A stretch of DNA of 60,049 nucleotides, counting the filler. It is 10 parts of 10 records of this genome, joined end to end, with 100 filler letters (N's around TTAATTAATTAA, not from the genome) between each part and the next. Parts side by side here need not be neighbours in the genome. Positions count along the whole stretch, not along the records: positions 16,285 to 21,925 come from SRR31147125_285341; positions 22,026 to 31,075 come from SRR31147125_285983; positions 31,176 to 37,517 come from SRR31147125_286677; 7 more parts are not named here. One strand, 5' to 3'. Made by a program: the position numbers and the translations under genes. The notes under the pieces were generated by a model. That model was given only the letters and a program-made list of their open reading frames with translations, did not search any database and was not told the origin of the DNA. Each line of letters opens with the position of its first letter. Positions within the stretch are counted from its first letter, which is position 1. This document shows, one piece after another, positions 19,791 through 31,308 of this stretch.

Positions 19791-20885
19791 ATGCACTCAG
19801 CATCAACCCTTTCTCATCCCTTTTCTTCGTCGGGTTGTGACGCTTCAGATCTGCACGCTTCTGCACTTTTGCAGCGCTCTGAGCAGTTGGCATCTGTAAT
19901 TGATGTGTTGCCTTCGGGCATAGTGATCCTTGATGGCGAAGGCCGGGTCACTGAAGCCAACCAAGCGGCCATTGATATTCTCGGCGAGCCTCTGATTGAG
20001 GAGCGTTGGCGAGATATTATTGCCCGCTCCTTTAGCCCCAAAGCGGATGATGGTTATGAGGTCTCTCTAAAAGATGGCCGCTTAATTAAGTTTGTGACAC
20101 GCCCGCTAGAAAAAGGGCCGGGTCAGTTAATTGTGATGACAGATCTGACTGAAACCCGTCAGTTGCAGTCTCGCATTGCGCACATGCAGCGCCTCTCCTC
20201 ATTGGGGAAAATGGTGGCCTCACTGGCCCATCAGGTGCGTACACCTTTGGCGGCTGCCATGTTGTATGCCGCTAACTTAGGTAATGATTCACTCAACCTT
20301 ATCTCGCGCAATAAGTTTCAGCGTAAGCTGGTCGACAGACTTCATGATCTGGAAAGCCAGGTGAATGACATGTTGCTGTTCGCTCGCTCAGGTGAGGGCG
20401 TGGCAACCGGAGAACTCTCTAGCCAGGAGTTACTCAGTTCGGTAGAACAGTCCGCAGAGGTGATGCTGCGTCAACATCAGGCCGAATTGGACGTTAGTTT
20501 ACCTGAGCCTGATCAGCTTCTTACCGGTAACCGAAATGCACTCGCCAGTGCCATCAGTAATCTGATCCACAATGCCCTGCAAGCGGGTGCAAATCGAATT
20601 CAATTGAGCGCGCGCAAAGAGGCTGAAAGTCTTGATGTGAGCGTGACAGACAACGGTAGTGGGGTTCCCGAAACCCTGCTGGAAAAAATAAAAGAGCCCT
20701 TTTACACCACAAGAAGTCAGGGCACTGGCTTAGGCTTAGCTGTCGTTCAGGCGGTGGTTCAGGCACATCTGGGCCAATTTACCATTCAATCCCAGCAAGG
20801 CGTGGGGACTCGGGTCTCTATCCGTTTGCCGCTGCAGGGTGAAGCGATAGCAACACACACAAATGCCGAAGCGGTAGGAGAGTAA
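19791..20885 (+). CDS. flrB: Flagellar sensor histidine kinase FlrB/FleS
   Basis: PAS, RLSSLGKMVASLAHQVRTPL, FYTTRSQGTGLGLAVV. Confidence 0.93.
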   Translation: MHSASTLSHPFSSSGCDASDLHASALLQRSEQLASVIDVLPSGIVILDGEGRVTEANQAAIDILGEPLIEERWRDIIARSFSPKADDGYEVSLKDGRLIKFVTRPLEKGPGQLIVMTDLTETRQLQSRIAHMQRLSSLGKMVASLAHQVRTPLAAAMLYAANLGNDSLNLISRNKFQRKLVDRLHDLESQVNDMLLFARSGEGVATGELSSQELLSSVEQSAEVMLRQHQAELDVSLPEPDQLLTGNRNALASAISNLIHNALQAGANRIQLSARKEAESLDVSVTDNGSGVPETLLEKIKEPFYTTRSQGTGLGLAVVQAVVQAHLGQFTIQSQQGVGTRVSIRLPLQGEAIATHTNAEAVGE

Positions 20886-20886
20886 G

Positions 20887-21925
20887 ATGACTGCACATGT
20901 ACTGGTTGTTGAAGATGATGCAGGCCTGCGCGAGGCGCTAGTCGATACCTTAGAGGTTGCAGGCTATGTTTGCACTGAAACCGAAAGCGGCGAAGAGGCC
21001 ATGTTGGCTTTGACCGATGCCGTGTTTGACATTGTGGTGTCGGATGTTCAGATGCAGGGCATGAATGGCTTAGGTCTGTTGCGCTCGATTCGCAGTCGCT
21101 TCCCTCAGTTGCCGGTTTTGTTGATGACAGCGTACGCCAATGTTCAGGATGCCGTGCAAGCCATTCGAGATGGTGCCACCGACTATCTGGCCAAGCCTTT
21201 TTCTCCAGAAGTTCTGTTAAATCAGGTCGGACGCTATGCACCTGCTGAAAAGGTGGAGTCGACCCAACCTGTGGTTGCCGATGCCAACTCCAAGGCGCTC
21301 CTCAATTTAGCCGCCAAAGTGGCGCAAGCCGATGCCAGCGTCATGGTGCTAGGGCCTTCTGGTTCTGGCAAAGAGGTGCTGGCACGCTATATTCACGACT
21401 GCTCGCCTCGTAGCGAGCGTCCTTTTGTTGCCATTAACTGTGCCGCCATTCCAGAAAACATGCTTGAAGCTACCTTGTTTGGCTATGAAAAGGGCGCTTT
21501 TACCGGAGCGGTTCAGGCCTGTCCAGGTAAATTCGAGCAGGCCCAAGGGGGCACTCTGCTGCTCGATGAGATCACTGAGATGGATCTCTCGCTACAGGCT
21601 AAATTACTTCGTGTGCTGCAGGAGCGAGAAGTGGAGCGACTGGGTAGCCGTAAGACCATTGCTTTGGATGTACGGGTGCTGGCCACAAGTAACCGGGATT
21701 TAATGGCTGCGGTGGCAGAAGGCAAGTTCCGAGAGGATCTCTACTACCGCTTAAATGTCTTTCCCCTGACCTGGTTACCTTTGTGTGAGCGTTCGGCCGA
21801 CATAGTGCCTTTGGCTCGCCACCTCATTCAAAAGCATTGCCAGCGTTCGGGTGAGGCGATTCCCGCATTGTCACAGGCGGCGGTACAAAAGCTGAGTCAA
21901 TATCACTGGCCGGGCAATGTTCGAG
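20887..21925 (+). CDS. flrC: Sigma54 response regulator FlrC/FleR, partial
   Basis: Receiver domain plus [27 protein letters not shown]. Confidence 0.93.
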
Positions 21926-22025
21926 NNNNNNNNNNNNNNNNNNNNNNNNNNNNNNNNNNNNNNNNNNNNTTAATTAATTAANNNNNNNNNNNNNNNNNNN
22001 NNNNNNNNNNNNNNNNNNNNNNNNN

Positions 22026-22145
22026 GCCCCGGGGAGCTCTTCCGTATCCGTAGGGAACCGGCTGTTCCGTTTCCTTGTTTCCGTTTGCGAATGCGGCGGC
22101 CGCCGCCGTTACGGTCAGTACCGTCAATACCAGAATCTTTTTCAT
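22026..22145 (-). CDS. Exported protein, N-terminal fragment
   Basis: AGGAGG RBS; MKKILVLTVLTVTAAAAAFA-NGNKE, a spirochaete-style signal peptide. Confidence 0.65.
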
Positions 22146-22293
22146 GTCATACCTCCTGACATATAAGCAATGTTTATGCTTAAGAAGATAGAGGCAAGAT
22201 ATAAACAAAGTGTGAAGGGGTCATAAAAAGAGTCTGAACGGACGGCCCCCTGAAACAGTGAAGAAACGGCCTTTTCCCGCCGATAGACTGTTT

Positions 22294-22881
22294 ATGAAGA
22301 AAAAACCCCTGTACGCTCTGATCTGCCTGCTCCTTCTGTCGGCAGCCCCCCTTACCGCCTACGAAGAGGAGGGCATCGCCTCCTGGTACGGCGGAAAATT
22401 TCACGGACGCCTGACCGCCAACGGCGAAACCTTCAATACCCACGAACTGACGGCGGCGCACAAGCAGCTGCCCTTCAATACGATCGTCAAAGTCACCAAC
22501 CTGGCCAACGGCCGGACCGTGGAGGTCCGGATCAACGACAGGGGTCCTTTTGTGGACGGCCGTATCATAGACCTCTCCTACGCCGCAGCGGTGGAACTGG
22601 ATATGGTCCGCACGGGCACAGCCCCGGTTCAGGTTTCCGTGGCCAACATGGAGATTCTGGTCGTCTCCTTCAATATCCAGGTGGGAGCCTACAGGAATCT
22701 GGAAAATGCCACGGCCATGAAACGGATGCTGGAGGAGAACGGATTCTCGCCTGTGGCCCGGCTGAACAACAGCGGGATCACCCGCATCCTGCTGACCGGT
22801 ATCCCCGAGGAAGAAACCGCCGTCTATGCACGGAAACTGGAGCAGCTGGGAATTACGAACATTCTGATAAAACAGAACTGA
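22294..22881 (+). CDS. rlpA: Septal ring lytic transglycosylase RlpA (DPBB plus SPOR domains)
   Basis: [49 protein letters not shown] motif. Confidence 0.93.
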   Translation: MKKKPLYALICLLLLSAAPLTAYEEEGIASWYGGKFHGRLTANGETFNTHELTAAHKQLPFNTIVKVTNLANGRTVEVRINDRGPFVDGRIIDLSYAAAVELDMVRTGTAPVQVSVANMEILVVSFNIQVGAYRNLENATAMKRMLEENGFSPVARLNNSGITRILLTGIPEEETAVYARKLEQLGITNILIKQN

Positions 22882-23524
22882 TGAACCTCCGCCGCCTGCT
22901 CCTGCCGGCCGTCCTGTTTCTGCTGGTGTTCCTGACCGGAGCGGCCGCATCGGGTGCGCCGGAGATCAGCCTGGACGTCCCCTGGTACGGCCAGACCGGC
23001 GACGGGTCCTGGGAAAGGGATAACCTCGGAACCAGTGAGACCCTGACCATCCGGAACCACGGCTGCGCCCTGACCGCCGCTTCCATGGTCCTCCGGTACC
23101 ACGGGGTCCGCACCAATCCGGGCCGCCTGAACCGCTGGCTTCTGAAGAACGGCGGCTATGCCGACGGCTGGGACGACGGTTCGGGGGCCTATCTGGGACA
23201 AGTCCGGATCATCTGGCCGGTTCCGGCAGAGAAACTTGATAAAATCAGTGAATACCGGCGCCGGGATTTCCGGAATGAACCGGCGGATACGGCGCTTATA
23301 AGGAGTATCTGGAGAAGGGAATTCCTGTCATCGCCGAGGTCCGGCTGCCCGACGGCACGCCCCATTTCGTGGTCATCCACGGCTGGAGGAAAGAGGATTT
23401 TCTGATCCGGGATCCCCTGGACAGGAAGGTCCGCCGGCTGGGCGAAAAGTACAACCGGTCGGACCGCTGGGGAAGCGGCGCCGCCCGGAATATCTATGGC
23501 CTGCGGATCTATCTGCCCGATTAG
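22881..23524 (+). CDS. Exported C39-like cysteine peptidase (frameshift near 23300)
   Basis: Signal peptide, HGCALT (Cys); after correcting one base, PHFVVIHG (His) and IRDP (Asp), TAG at 23522-23524. Confidence 0.8.
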
Positions 23525-24780
23525 TCCTTCCGGACCGCCTTTCCCGCCTCTTCGGCGATGATGCGGATCCCGTCCCGGACCAGATCCTCGTCCTGGGAGT
23601 AGTTCAGCCGGATGCACTGACGGCTGTGCTCCCACTCCTCTTCCAGGCCGAAAAAGAAATACTCTCCCGGAACAATGATCACCTTCCTCTTCTTCAGGCG
23701 CTCGTAAAGCTCCCGGGAGGTAATGGTCAGGTTCCGGAACCAGACCCAGAGGAATATCGCGCCCTCGCTCTTGTGGATACGGAAATCCACATCCTCCGGC
23801 ATGTACTCCCGGAGCCAGCCGATGGCCTGTTCTGATTTTTTCCTGTAAAACGGCCGGATGGTATTGCGGCTGATGTCCAGGATCTCTCCGGAACGGAACA
23901 GGGATTCCGTCAGGACCTGGCCGATGGTGCCGTTGGCCAGACTGATAATGGCGTTGCAGGCCGAAACCGCTTCGATCACCTCTTTCCGCGCCACGATGAT
24001 CCCGGTCCGCACCGAGGGCAGGCCGAGTTTGGAGAGGCTCATGCTGAGAATGATGTTCTCGTTCCACAGGGGGGTCACTTCTTCAAAGATGATTTCCGGA
24101 AAGGGAGCGCCGTAGGCGTTGTCAATGATCAGGGGAACATCAGCGGCCGCCGTCAGTTCCGCCAGATGATTCACTTCCCGGTCGGTGAGGACATTCCCCG
24201 TGGGATTGGTGGGCCGGGAGACGCAGACCGCTCCGATATCCTCTCCGATGGAGAGGCGGGAAAAATCCACATGGTATTTGAAGAAGGTTTCGTCCATCTC
24301 CTGAATCGAGGCGGGAATGGTGCGGAACACATCCTCCTCCACCGCCTGGTCCGCATAACCGATGTACTCGGGACAGAGGGGGAAGAGGATCCTTTTCTTC
24401 TTTCCCTTCCGGTCGGTTCCGCCGAAGAGGTTCAGGAGGATAAAGAAGGCGTTCTGACTTCCGTTCGTCACGGCAATATTCTCCGGTCCCAGATCCCATC
24501 CGTAATTCCGGCTCAGCAGTTCCGCCACGGCCTCCAGAAAGGACGCTTTCCCCTGGGGGGTGTCATAGTTTGCCAGGGCGGATTCCATCCGCTCGCCGTC
24601 GGCCATCAGTTCGTTCAGGCAGCGCCGCCAGATCCGGTGTGTCTCTTCGATCCGGGCGGGATTCCCGCCCCCCAGCATACAGACCCGGTCGGAACCGGAC
24701 ACAGCCTTTCCCAGGTCGTCCATCAGTTCCAGAATCCCGGATTTATTGGTGAATTTGTCTCCAAACGCCGTTATTTTCAT
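23521..24780 (-). CDS. avtA: Valine-pyruvate aminotransferase AvtA
   Basis: SGILELMDDL, MLGGGNPA, TNGSQ, PEYIGY, SRPTNPTGNV, DNAYG, SLSKLGLP; likely start MKITAF at 24780. Confidence 0.93.
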   Translation of the reverse strand: MKITAFGDKFTNKSGILELMDDLGKAVSGSDRVCMLGGGNPARIEETHRIWRRCLNELMADGERMESALANYDTPQGKASFLEAVAELLSRNYGWDLGPENIAVTNGSQNAFFILLNLFGGTDRKGKKKRILFPLCPEYIGYADQAVEEDVFRTIPASIQEMDETFFKYHVDFSRLSIGEDIGAVCVSRPTNPTGNVLTDREVNHLAELTAAADVPLIIDNAYGAPFPEIIFEEVTPLWNENIILSMSLSKLGLPSVRTGIIVARKEVIEAVSACNAIISLANGTIGQVLTESLFRSGEILDISRNTIRPFYRKKSEQAIGWLREYMPEDVDFRIHKSEGAIFLWVWFRNLTITSRELYERLKKRKVIIVPGEYFFFGLEEEWEHSRQCIRLNYSQDEDLVRDGIRIIAEEAGKAVRKD

Positions 24781-24943
24781 GAACATAATTATATCGGATG
24801 TCAGGAAAAAATCTACCGCCCCGGGCTGTCGGAAAAATCCCGAATGTTTCTCCTTGCCAGAACAGACGATCACCGATAGAGTAGTCATACACCACCATTC
24901 CCGCTCCCGCAGTCCGCCGGAGAGGGATCATCAGGAGAGGGTC

Positions 24944-25138
24944 ATGCGGGGTTCCATGGATTTCAGCACAGTTTCCGCGTTCGTTCTGACCGGACTGTCG
25001 GTTCTATTATGTATCTTCTACGGCATCAGAAACTGGCACAGCAACGGTTCCGTCTCATGGAAGGAAGCTTCGGAAGAAGCCCGGTGGGACAAAGAGGAAC
25101 ATCACATCGAAGATGAAATGCCCGGAGGAAATCCATGA
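24944..25138 (+). CDS. Symporter small accessory membrane protein
   Basis: AGGAGAG RBS, single TM with LSVLLCIFYGIRNW, ATGA overlap with the SSS gene. Confidence 0.75.
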   Translation: MRGSMDFSTVSAFVLTGLSVLLCIFYGIRNWHSNGSVSWKEASEEARWDKEEHHIEDEMPGGNP

Positions 25139-26727
25139 GCCACTTCATACTGATCGTCATTATTCTGATCTACCTCGGAGTCGTGGGCTTCTTCGGATTC
25201 AAAGGCTACACGGGAACCCGCAACCAGGCGGACTACCTGCTGGCAGGCCGGAACGTTCACCCCTTTGTGATGGCCATGAGCTACGGAGCCACCTTCATCT
25301 CCACCTCCGCCATCGTCGGGTTCGGAGGGGTGGCCTCGGTGTACGGCCTGTCCATGTACTGGATGGTCTTCGTCAATATATTCGTGGGAATCTTCCTGGC
25401 CTTTGTCCTCTTCGGCAAGCGGACCCGGTCCATGGGACTGAAGCTGGATGCCCACACCTTCCCGGAACTCCTGGCCCGCCGGGTGGACAGCCGGTTCATC
25501 CAGATCTTCGCCGGCCTGATAATATTCGCCTTCATGCCCGTCTACACGGCGGCGGTGCTGATCGGGGCGGCCCGGATCATCGAAGGGCTGCTGCATATCC
25601 CCTACAGTTACAGCGTCATCATCTTCACCGTCCTGGTGGGAGCCTATGTCATCATGGGCGGCCTGAAGGGAGTCATGTACACCGATGCCCTCCAGGGCAG
25701 CCTGATGTTTATCGGACTGGCGGCCCTGACGATCATGGCCCTGATCAAAACCGGCGGACCCGCCGCCTCCCTGAACGCCCTGGCGGAGATGGCCCCGCAG
25801 ATCCCCGAACCCTTCCGGGCAGGGGGAATCACCAGCTGGACCCGTTCCCCCGCGGCGGGAAGCCCGAACTGGTGGGTCCTCTACTCCTCCCTGGTGCTGG
25901 GGGTGGGAATCGGCGTCCTGGCCCAGCCCCAGCTGGTGGTCCGCTTCATGACCGTCCGGAGCAGCAGGGAGCTGAACCGGGCGGTGCTCATCGGATCGGT
26001 GTTCATCCTGGTCACCGTGGGAGCCGGCTACATCGTCGGCCCCCTGAGCAACGTGTACTTCATAGAGCATTTCGGAAAAACAGCCTTTGAGATGGCGGGA
26101 AAGAATCTGGACATCGTCATTCCCGTGTTTATCGAAAAACTGATGCCCTCCTGGTTCGTCTACCTGTTCATGCTGGTCATCCTCTCCGCGGCCATGAGCA
26201 CCCTCAGCTCCCAGTTCCATGCCATCGGAACATCCGTGGGCCGGGATGTCTACGAGTACGGGATCGGCCGGGGCCGGCGGGACAAACGGACCGAAGCGGC
26301 GGGTACCCTGATCACCCGGATCGGGATCATCCTGGCCCTGATCATGACCGCCTGGTTCGCCTTCAACATGGAAGCAGGGGTGATCGCCCGGGCGACGGCC
26401 ATCTTCTTCGGCATCATGGCCAGCTGTTTCCTGGCCCCCTATATGGGCGTTCTGTTCTGGAAGCGTCTGACCAGGAAGGGGATGATCGCGGGAGTCCTGG
26501 CGGGATTCCTGTCGGTTGTATTCTGCTTCCTCTTCCTTCATGGAAAAGAAGCGGCGGTATTCGGTATCTGCCGCCTTCTGACCGGCCGGGACACCCTGCT
26601 CGGAGGGGTCTGGCCCTTTGTGGATCCCCTTGTTTTCGCTCTCCCCGTATCGGCCATGTTCACACTCCTGGTCAGCCTGCTGACGAAGGTGGAGAACGAA
26701 GAGACGGTTCTCAAATGCTTTGAGTGA
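25135..26727 (+). CDS. Sodium:solute symporter (SSS) family protein
   Basis: DYLLAGR, SYGATFISTSAIVGFGG, GGLKGVMYTDALQG, AQPQLVVRFM, SAAMSTLSSQ; many TM helices. Confidence 0.93.
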   Translation: MSHFILIVIILIYLGVVGFFGFKGYTGTRNQADYLLAGRNVHPFVMAMSYGATFISTSAIVGFGGVASVYGLSMYWMVFVNIFVGIFLAFVLFGKRTRSMGLKLDAHTFPELLARRVDSRFIQIFAGLIIFAFMPVYTAAVLIGAARIIEGLLHIPYSYSVIIFTVLVGAYVIMGGLKGVMYTDALQGSLMFIGLAALTIMALIKTGGPAASLNALAEMAPQIPEPFRAGGITSWTRSPAAGSPNWWVLYSSLVLGVGIGVLAQPQLVVRFMTVRSSRELNRAVLIGSVFILVTVGAGYIVGPLSNVYFIEHFGKTAFEMAGKNLDIVIPVFIEKLMPSWFVYLFMLVILSAAMSTLSSQFHAIGTSVGRDVYEYGIGRGRRDKRTEAAGTLITRIGIILALIMTAWFAFNMEAGVIARATAIFFGIMASCFLAPYMGVLFWKRLTRKGMIAGVLAGFLSVVFCFLFLHGKEAAVFGICRLLTGRDTLLGGVWPFVDPLVFALPVSAMFTLLVSLLTKVENEETVLKCFE

Positions 26728-26771
26728 TCCGGATCACCGTCGGCGGATTCACCGGCGGCGGAACAAAAAAC

Positions 26772-26801
26772 TTGATAGTCAAACTATCACTATGCTAAAA
26801 T
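26772..26801 (+). promoter_or_regulatory. Sigma70-type promoter with overlapping palindromic operator
   Basis: TTGATA-N18-TAAAAT (with TG extension), overlapped by the perfect palindrome TGATAGT-CAA-ACTATCA at 26773-26789. Confidence 0.6.
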
Positions 26802-26826
26802 GCAGGAAACTTTTAAGGAGCCGCCT

Positions 26827-29177
26827 GTGATCCAGTTCAATGAAAAAGACCGGACCTTTCATATACAGACCGGGAATACCAGTTATCTCTTCTCCATCCT
26901 CCCGACGGGCCATCCCGTCCACCTCTACTACGGCAGGAAAATCCGGAACCGGGAGAGCTATGAAAACCTCTACTCCCCCACCCTCACCTGCTACGGCAGC
27001 ACCACAACCCTGAACAGCGAGGATACCGCGTTTTCCCTCGATCTGGTCTGCCTGGAGAGTGCGGCATGGGGCAAGGGAGACTACAGACCGCCCTCGATCA
27101 TGCTGAAAGACAGCAAAGGGGACAGGACCTTTGATTTCACCTACAGGGAACACCGGATCCTGAGAAACAAACCGGAACTGCCGGGCCTTCCCTCGGCTCT
27201 TCCCGGAGCCGACGACGGCGTAGAAACCCTGGAAATCGATCTGGTCGACAAACCGAGGAGTGCCGTTCTCACCCTCCGCTACACCGTGTTCCCCGAAACC
27301 GATATCATCACCCGGAGTGCGGAGCTGACCAACCGGGGAGAGGAAACCCTGGACATCGAAAAGATCATGAGCTTCTCCCTGGACTTCGACCGGAGCGGCT
27401 GGGACCTGGTCACCCTGAACGGCGCCTGGATACGGGAGCGGCATCAGCACAGGCGGCCCCTGGGACCGGGCCATACGGGCGTCGCCTCCCGCAAGGGCGT
27501 CAGCAGCGCCGACCACTCCCCTTTCCTCCTGCTGCAGGAACCGGAAACCACGGAACACAGGGGGAGTGTTACGGGTTCTCCCTGATCTACAGCGGCAACC
27601 ACCAGTGCGACGCCGATGTCAGCCCCCACGGACTGACCCGGGTGCAGATGGGAATCAACTCCTTTGATTTTTCCTGGGAACTGGGTGCGGGAGAGTCCTT
27701 CCAGACACCCGAAGGTGTCCTGTCCTGGTCCGGCGACGGACGGAACGGCCTGAGCCGGCAGTTCCACCGGTTTGTCCGGGACCATATCGTCCGGGGCGCC
27801 TGGCAGTACAGGGAACGCCCGGTCCTGATCAACAACTGGGAAGCCACCTATTTCGATTTCAATGAAAAGAAACTCCTGAACCTGGCAAAGGAAGCGGCGG
27901 ATATGGGAGTCGAACTGTTCGTCCTGGACGACGGCTGGTTCGGGAAGAGGAACGACGACACCACCAGTCTGGGAGACTGGAAGGTGGACACAAAAAAACT
28001 CCCCGGGGACTGAAGGGCCTGGCGGAAAAGATCAACAAAATGGGAATGGACTTCGGGCTCTGGGTGGAGCCGGAGATGATCTCCCTGGACAGCGACCTCT
28101 ACCGGGAACACCCCGAATGGCTGGTCCGCTCTCCCTCCATGGAACCGTCTCCCGGCCGGAACCAGTTCCTCCTGGACCTGACCCGTTCCGAGGTCTGCGA
28201 CTACCTGGTAGACACCCTGACGGAGGTGTTCAAAAGCGCCCCGGTCACCTACGTGAAGTGGGATATGAACAGGAACTTCAGCGATGTCTACACCGACGCC
28301 CTGCCGGCGCACCGGCAGCAGGAGTTCTGTCACCGCTATGTGCTCGGCCTGTACGACATCCTGCAGCGCCTGAATGACGCCTTTCCCGAGATCCTGTTCG
28401 AATCCTGCGCCAGCGGCGGCAACCGCTTCGACCTGGGGATGCTCTGCTACATGCCCCAGGTGTGGACCAGCGACAATACGGACGCCATGGAAAGGCTCCC
28501 CATCCAGTACGGCACCTCCCTGTTCGCCCCCCTCTGTGATGGGCGCCCATGTCAGCGGCTGTCCCAGCCACCAGGTACTCCGGCAGACCCCGCTGGAAAC
28601 CCGGTTCAATACCGCCGCCTTCGGCCTGCTGGGCTACGAACTGGATCTGACCAAACTGACCAACTTCGACCGGAAGGTCATCAAAAAACAGATCGCCTTT
28701 TACAAAGAACACCGGAAACTGCTCCAGTTCGGAGAATTCTACCGGCTGGAGGATCCGGCGGTCCGGGGCCGCTGCCTCTGGATGTGCGTCGCCCCCGACC
28801 GGTCCGAGGCGCTGCTGGGAATGTATCAGGAACTGGCACGGCCGAACGGCTACACCGAGCGGCTGCAGCTGAAAGGACTGGACGAATCGGTGCTCTACCG
28901 GCTGCAGAACCGGACACAGTACGCCAATATCCGGCAGTTCGGAGAGCTGGTAAACGAGGCTCTTCCGGTCAATCTGAAAACCGACGGCATGATTCATTCC
29001 AAGCTGGCGGACAACTATCTGTACGAACTGGAAAAGACGGACCTGAAGGCCTTCGGGGATCAGCTGATGTACCGGGGATTTCAGCCCCACCGGCAGTTCT
29101 TCGGAACAGGCATCGACGACAACACCTCTTTCATCGGGGATTCCGGATCCCGGATATTCCATCTCAGTCAGGAATAA
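26827..29177 (+). CDS. GH36 alpha-galactosidase (three homopolymer frameshifts near 27563, 28008, 28530)
   Basis: YGFSLIYSGN, INNWEATYFDF, FVLDDGWFG, FGLWVEPEM, YVKWDMNR, ESCASGGNRFD, WTSDNTD, GYELD are spread across four ORFs; AAGGAG RBS before GTG 26827. Confidence 0.93.
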
Positions 29178-29310
29178 CAGGAATAACAGTTTCCTGTTGT
29201 CATTTCCGGAAATCACGGCAATAATGATTGAGACAGGACGGATGCCCCGGGCCCTTCGGGGTATCCGTTTCACCAGTCAGTAAAAAATGTAATACCGGGT
29301 ATTCACATCC

Positions 29311-31075
29311 ATGAAAGACGAACCAGAAACAGCAGCCTCAGCCGTCCTGCCCCAGCAGCCGCTGAAGGAGGAACAGCTCCTGGAGTACATACGGTCCCTG
29401 GGGCTTCCGTCGGATATCATTCTGAACAATGCTGCCGATGCGGTTCTGCAGATAGACCGTGACGGCAGGATCCTCCGGGCCAATCCCATTGCCACCGTTA
29501 CCCTCTCCTATTCGGAAGAGGAGCTTCAGGACCGAAACGTATTCGACCTGATACCCGGGGAGTACCACCCGCTTCTGACTGACAGATTATCAGGGGCGGA
29601 CAGTCCCGGGACCGCCGGAATGCCCGGGAACCGGGAGGATCTCTTCGCCTTCCGTTTCAGATGCGGAAAGGAGCGCTGGAAGACCTTTGAAGGAGTGGTG
29701 CTCCCCTACCGGGAGGAGGACCGGACAACCAGTTTCCTCAACCTGTGGCCCCCCGAAAGCGAGAACCATCTGGCCACTCAGCTGAAGGAAGCTCAGAGCA
29801 ACTTCGAATCCCTGACCGAAACCATATCCGAAGCGGTGGTCATCATCGACGAGTCCTTCAAGATCCTCTATGCCAATACCGCCACGGTGCGGGTTTTCGG
29901 CTACCGGAAGGAGGAGCTGACCGGAACGTCCTTCGAACAGCTGTTCCCGCGGGAAGTCTTCTACCGCTACGCTCCGGAAATCCGGAAGTTCTTCCATATC
30001 GATTTTGACAGCCCGGACAATGCGGATATCAAAAGACAGATTGAACTCCTGGGATGCAGCAAGAACCGCGGGGTTTCCCCCCTGGAGATCTCCTTCGGGA
30101 ACTCCCGGGATATCCATGAAAAAACCCTCACCTGCATCGTACGGGATATCAGCCAGAGAAAGAATGTGGAACGGAAACTCCGTTACCTGGCCTATCATGA
30201 CAAACTCACCGAACTGGGGAACCGGGATCTGTTCAATACCGACCTGGACAACCAGTTCGAACTCTTCCGGAAGAACCCCGAACTGACGGGAGCCCTGTTC
30301 TTTCTGGACCTGGACGGCTTCAAACAGATCAACGACACACTGGGACACCAGGCGGGAGACGAACTGCTGATCGAAACCGCCGGCAGGCTCCGGTCCATCC
30401 TCCGGGAAACGGACTTTATCTACCGTTTCGGAGGAGACGAGTTCGTCATACTGCTGAACAGGATTCACCATAAAAACGATGTCGACGTCGTGGCAGCCAA
30501 GATCCTGTCCGAAATCGGCCGCCCCTATCTGTTTGAAAAGGACCATCAGACCATACCGGCCAAGATCGGCGTCAGCATAGGAATCGCCCTGATCCCGGAT
30601 CACGGGACCGACAGGGGAACGATCACAAGGAATGCGGACCTGGCCATGTACAGCGCCAAGGAAAACGGCAAGAACCGGCATGTAATCTTCTCCTCCGCCC
30701 TGACCCGGTCGGCCCGGGACAAGTGGGTGGTAGAACAGGGACTGAAAACGGCCCTGGTCAACGGGGAGATGTTCCTGGAATACCAGCCCATGGTTTCAGG
30801 GGAGGGCGAAATCTGCGGCGTGGAAGCCCTGATCCGCTGGAATCATCCGGAACAGGGGATTATTCCCCCGGCAAAATTCATTCCCGCGGCGGAAGAATCG
30901 GGAACCGTCATCCCTCTGGGACACTGGGTTCTGGAAAACGCCTGCACGGCAATCCGGTCCCTGAACAGCCGCCTGAACCGGAACCTGTTTGTCTCGGTCA
31001 ATATCAGTACAAAGCAGCTGGGAATTGAAAACTTCCCGGACACCCTGGACGGAGTGATCAGCCGGACAGGAATCC
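29311..31075 (+). CDS. PAS-PAS-GGDEF-EAL c-di-GMP enzyme, partial
   Basis: Two PAS domains, DLDGFKQINDTLGH, RFGGDEF, EYQP...VEALIRW. Confidence 0.95.
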
Positions 31076-31175
31076 NNNNNNNNNNNNNNNNNNNNNNNNN
31101 NNNNNNNNNNNNNNNNNNNTTAATTAATTAANNNNNNNNNNNNNNNNNNNNNNNNNNNNNNNNNNNNNNNNNNNN

Positions 31176-31308
31176 GGAACGTGGAATTGTCGCCGGCCTG
31201 GAACTGAAGCCCTTCTACCCGCACTACGGGGACGGCTATCTCTTCTGTGTCACCGAAACCGTTACCAAGGATGTGCTGGATGAAATTATCGAAGAGGTGC
31301 GCGCATGA
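31176..31308 (+). CDS. gcvPA: Glycine dehydrogenase subunit 1, C-terminal fragment
   Basis: GIVAGLEL...LFCVTETVTKDVLD...* with ATGA overlap onto gcvPB. Confidence 0.8.

Noticed and set aside
25102..26541. Long antisense or alternate-frame ORFs (also 29590-30681, 33390-34277, 44199-45161)
   Set aside because: Shadow ORFs of high-GC genes with no protein motifs.
26827..29177. Alpha-galactosidase as pseudogene or programmed frameshift
   Set aside because: All three breaks are in G or C homopolymers with motifs intact. Similar indels occur in other contigs (near 13980, 17207, 23300, 47030), consistent with long-read errors.
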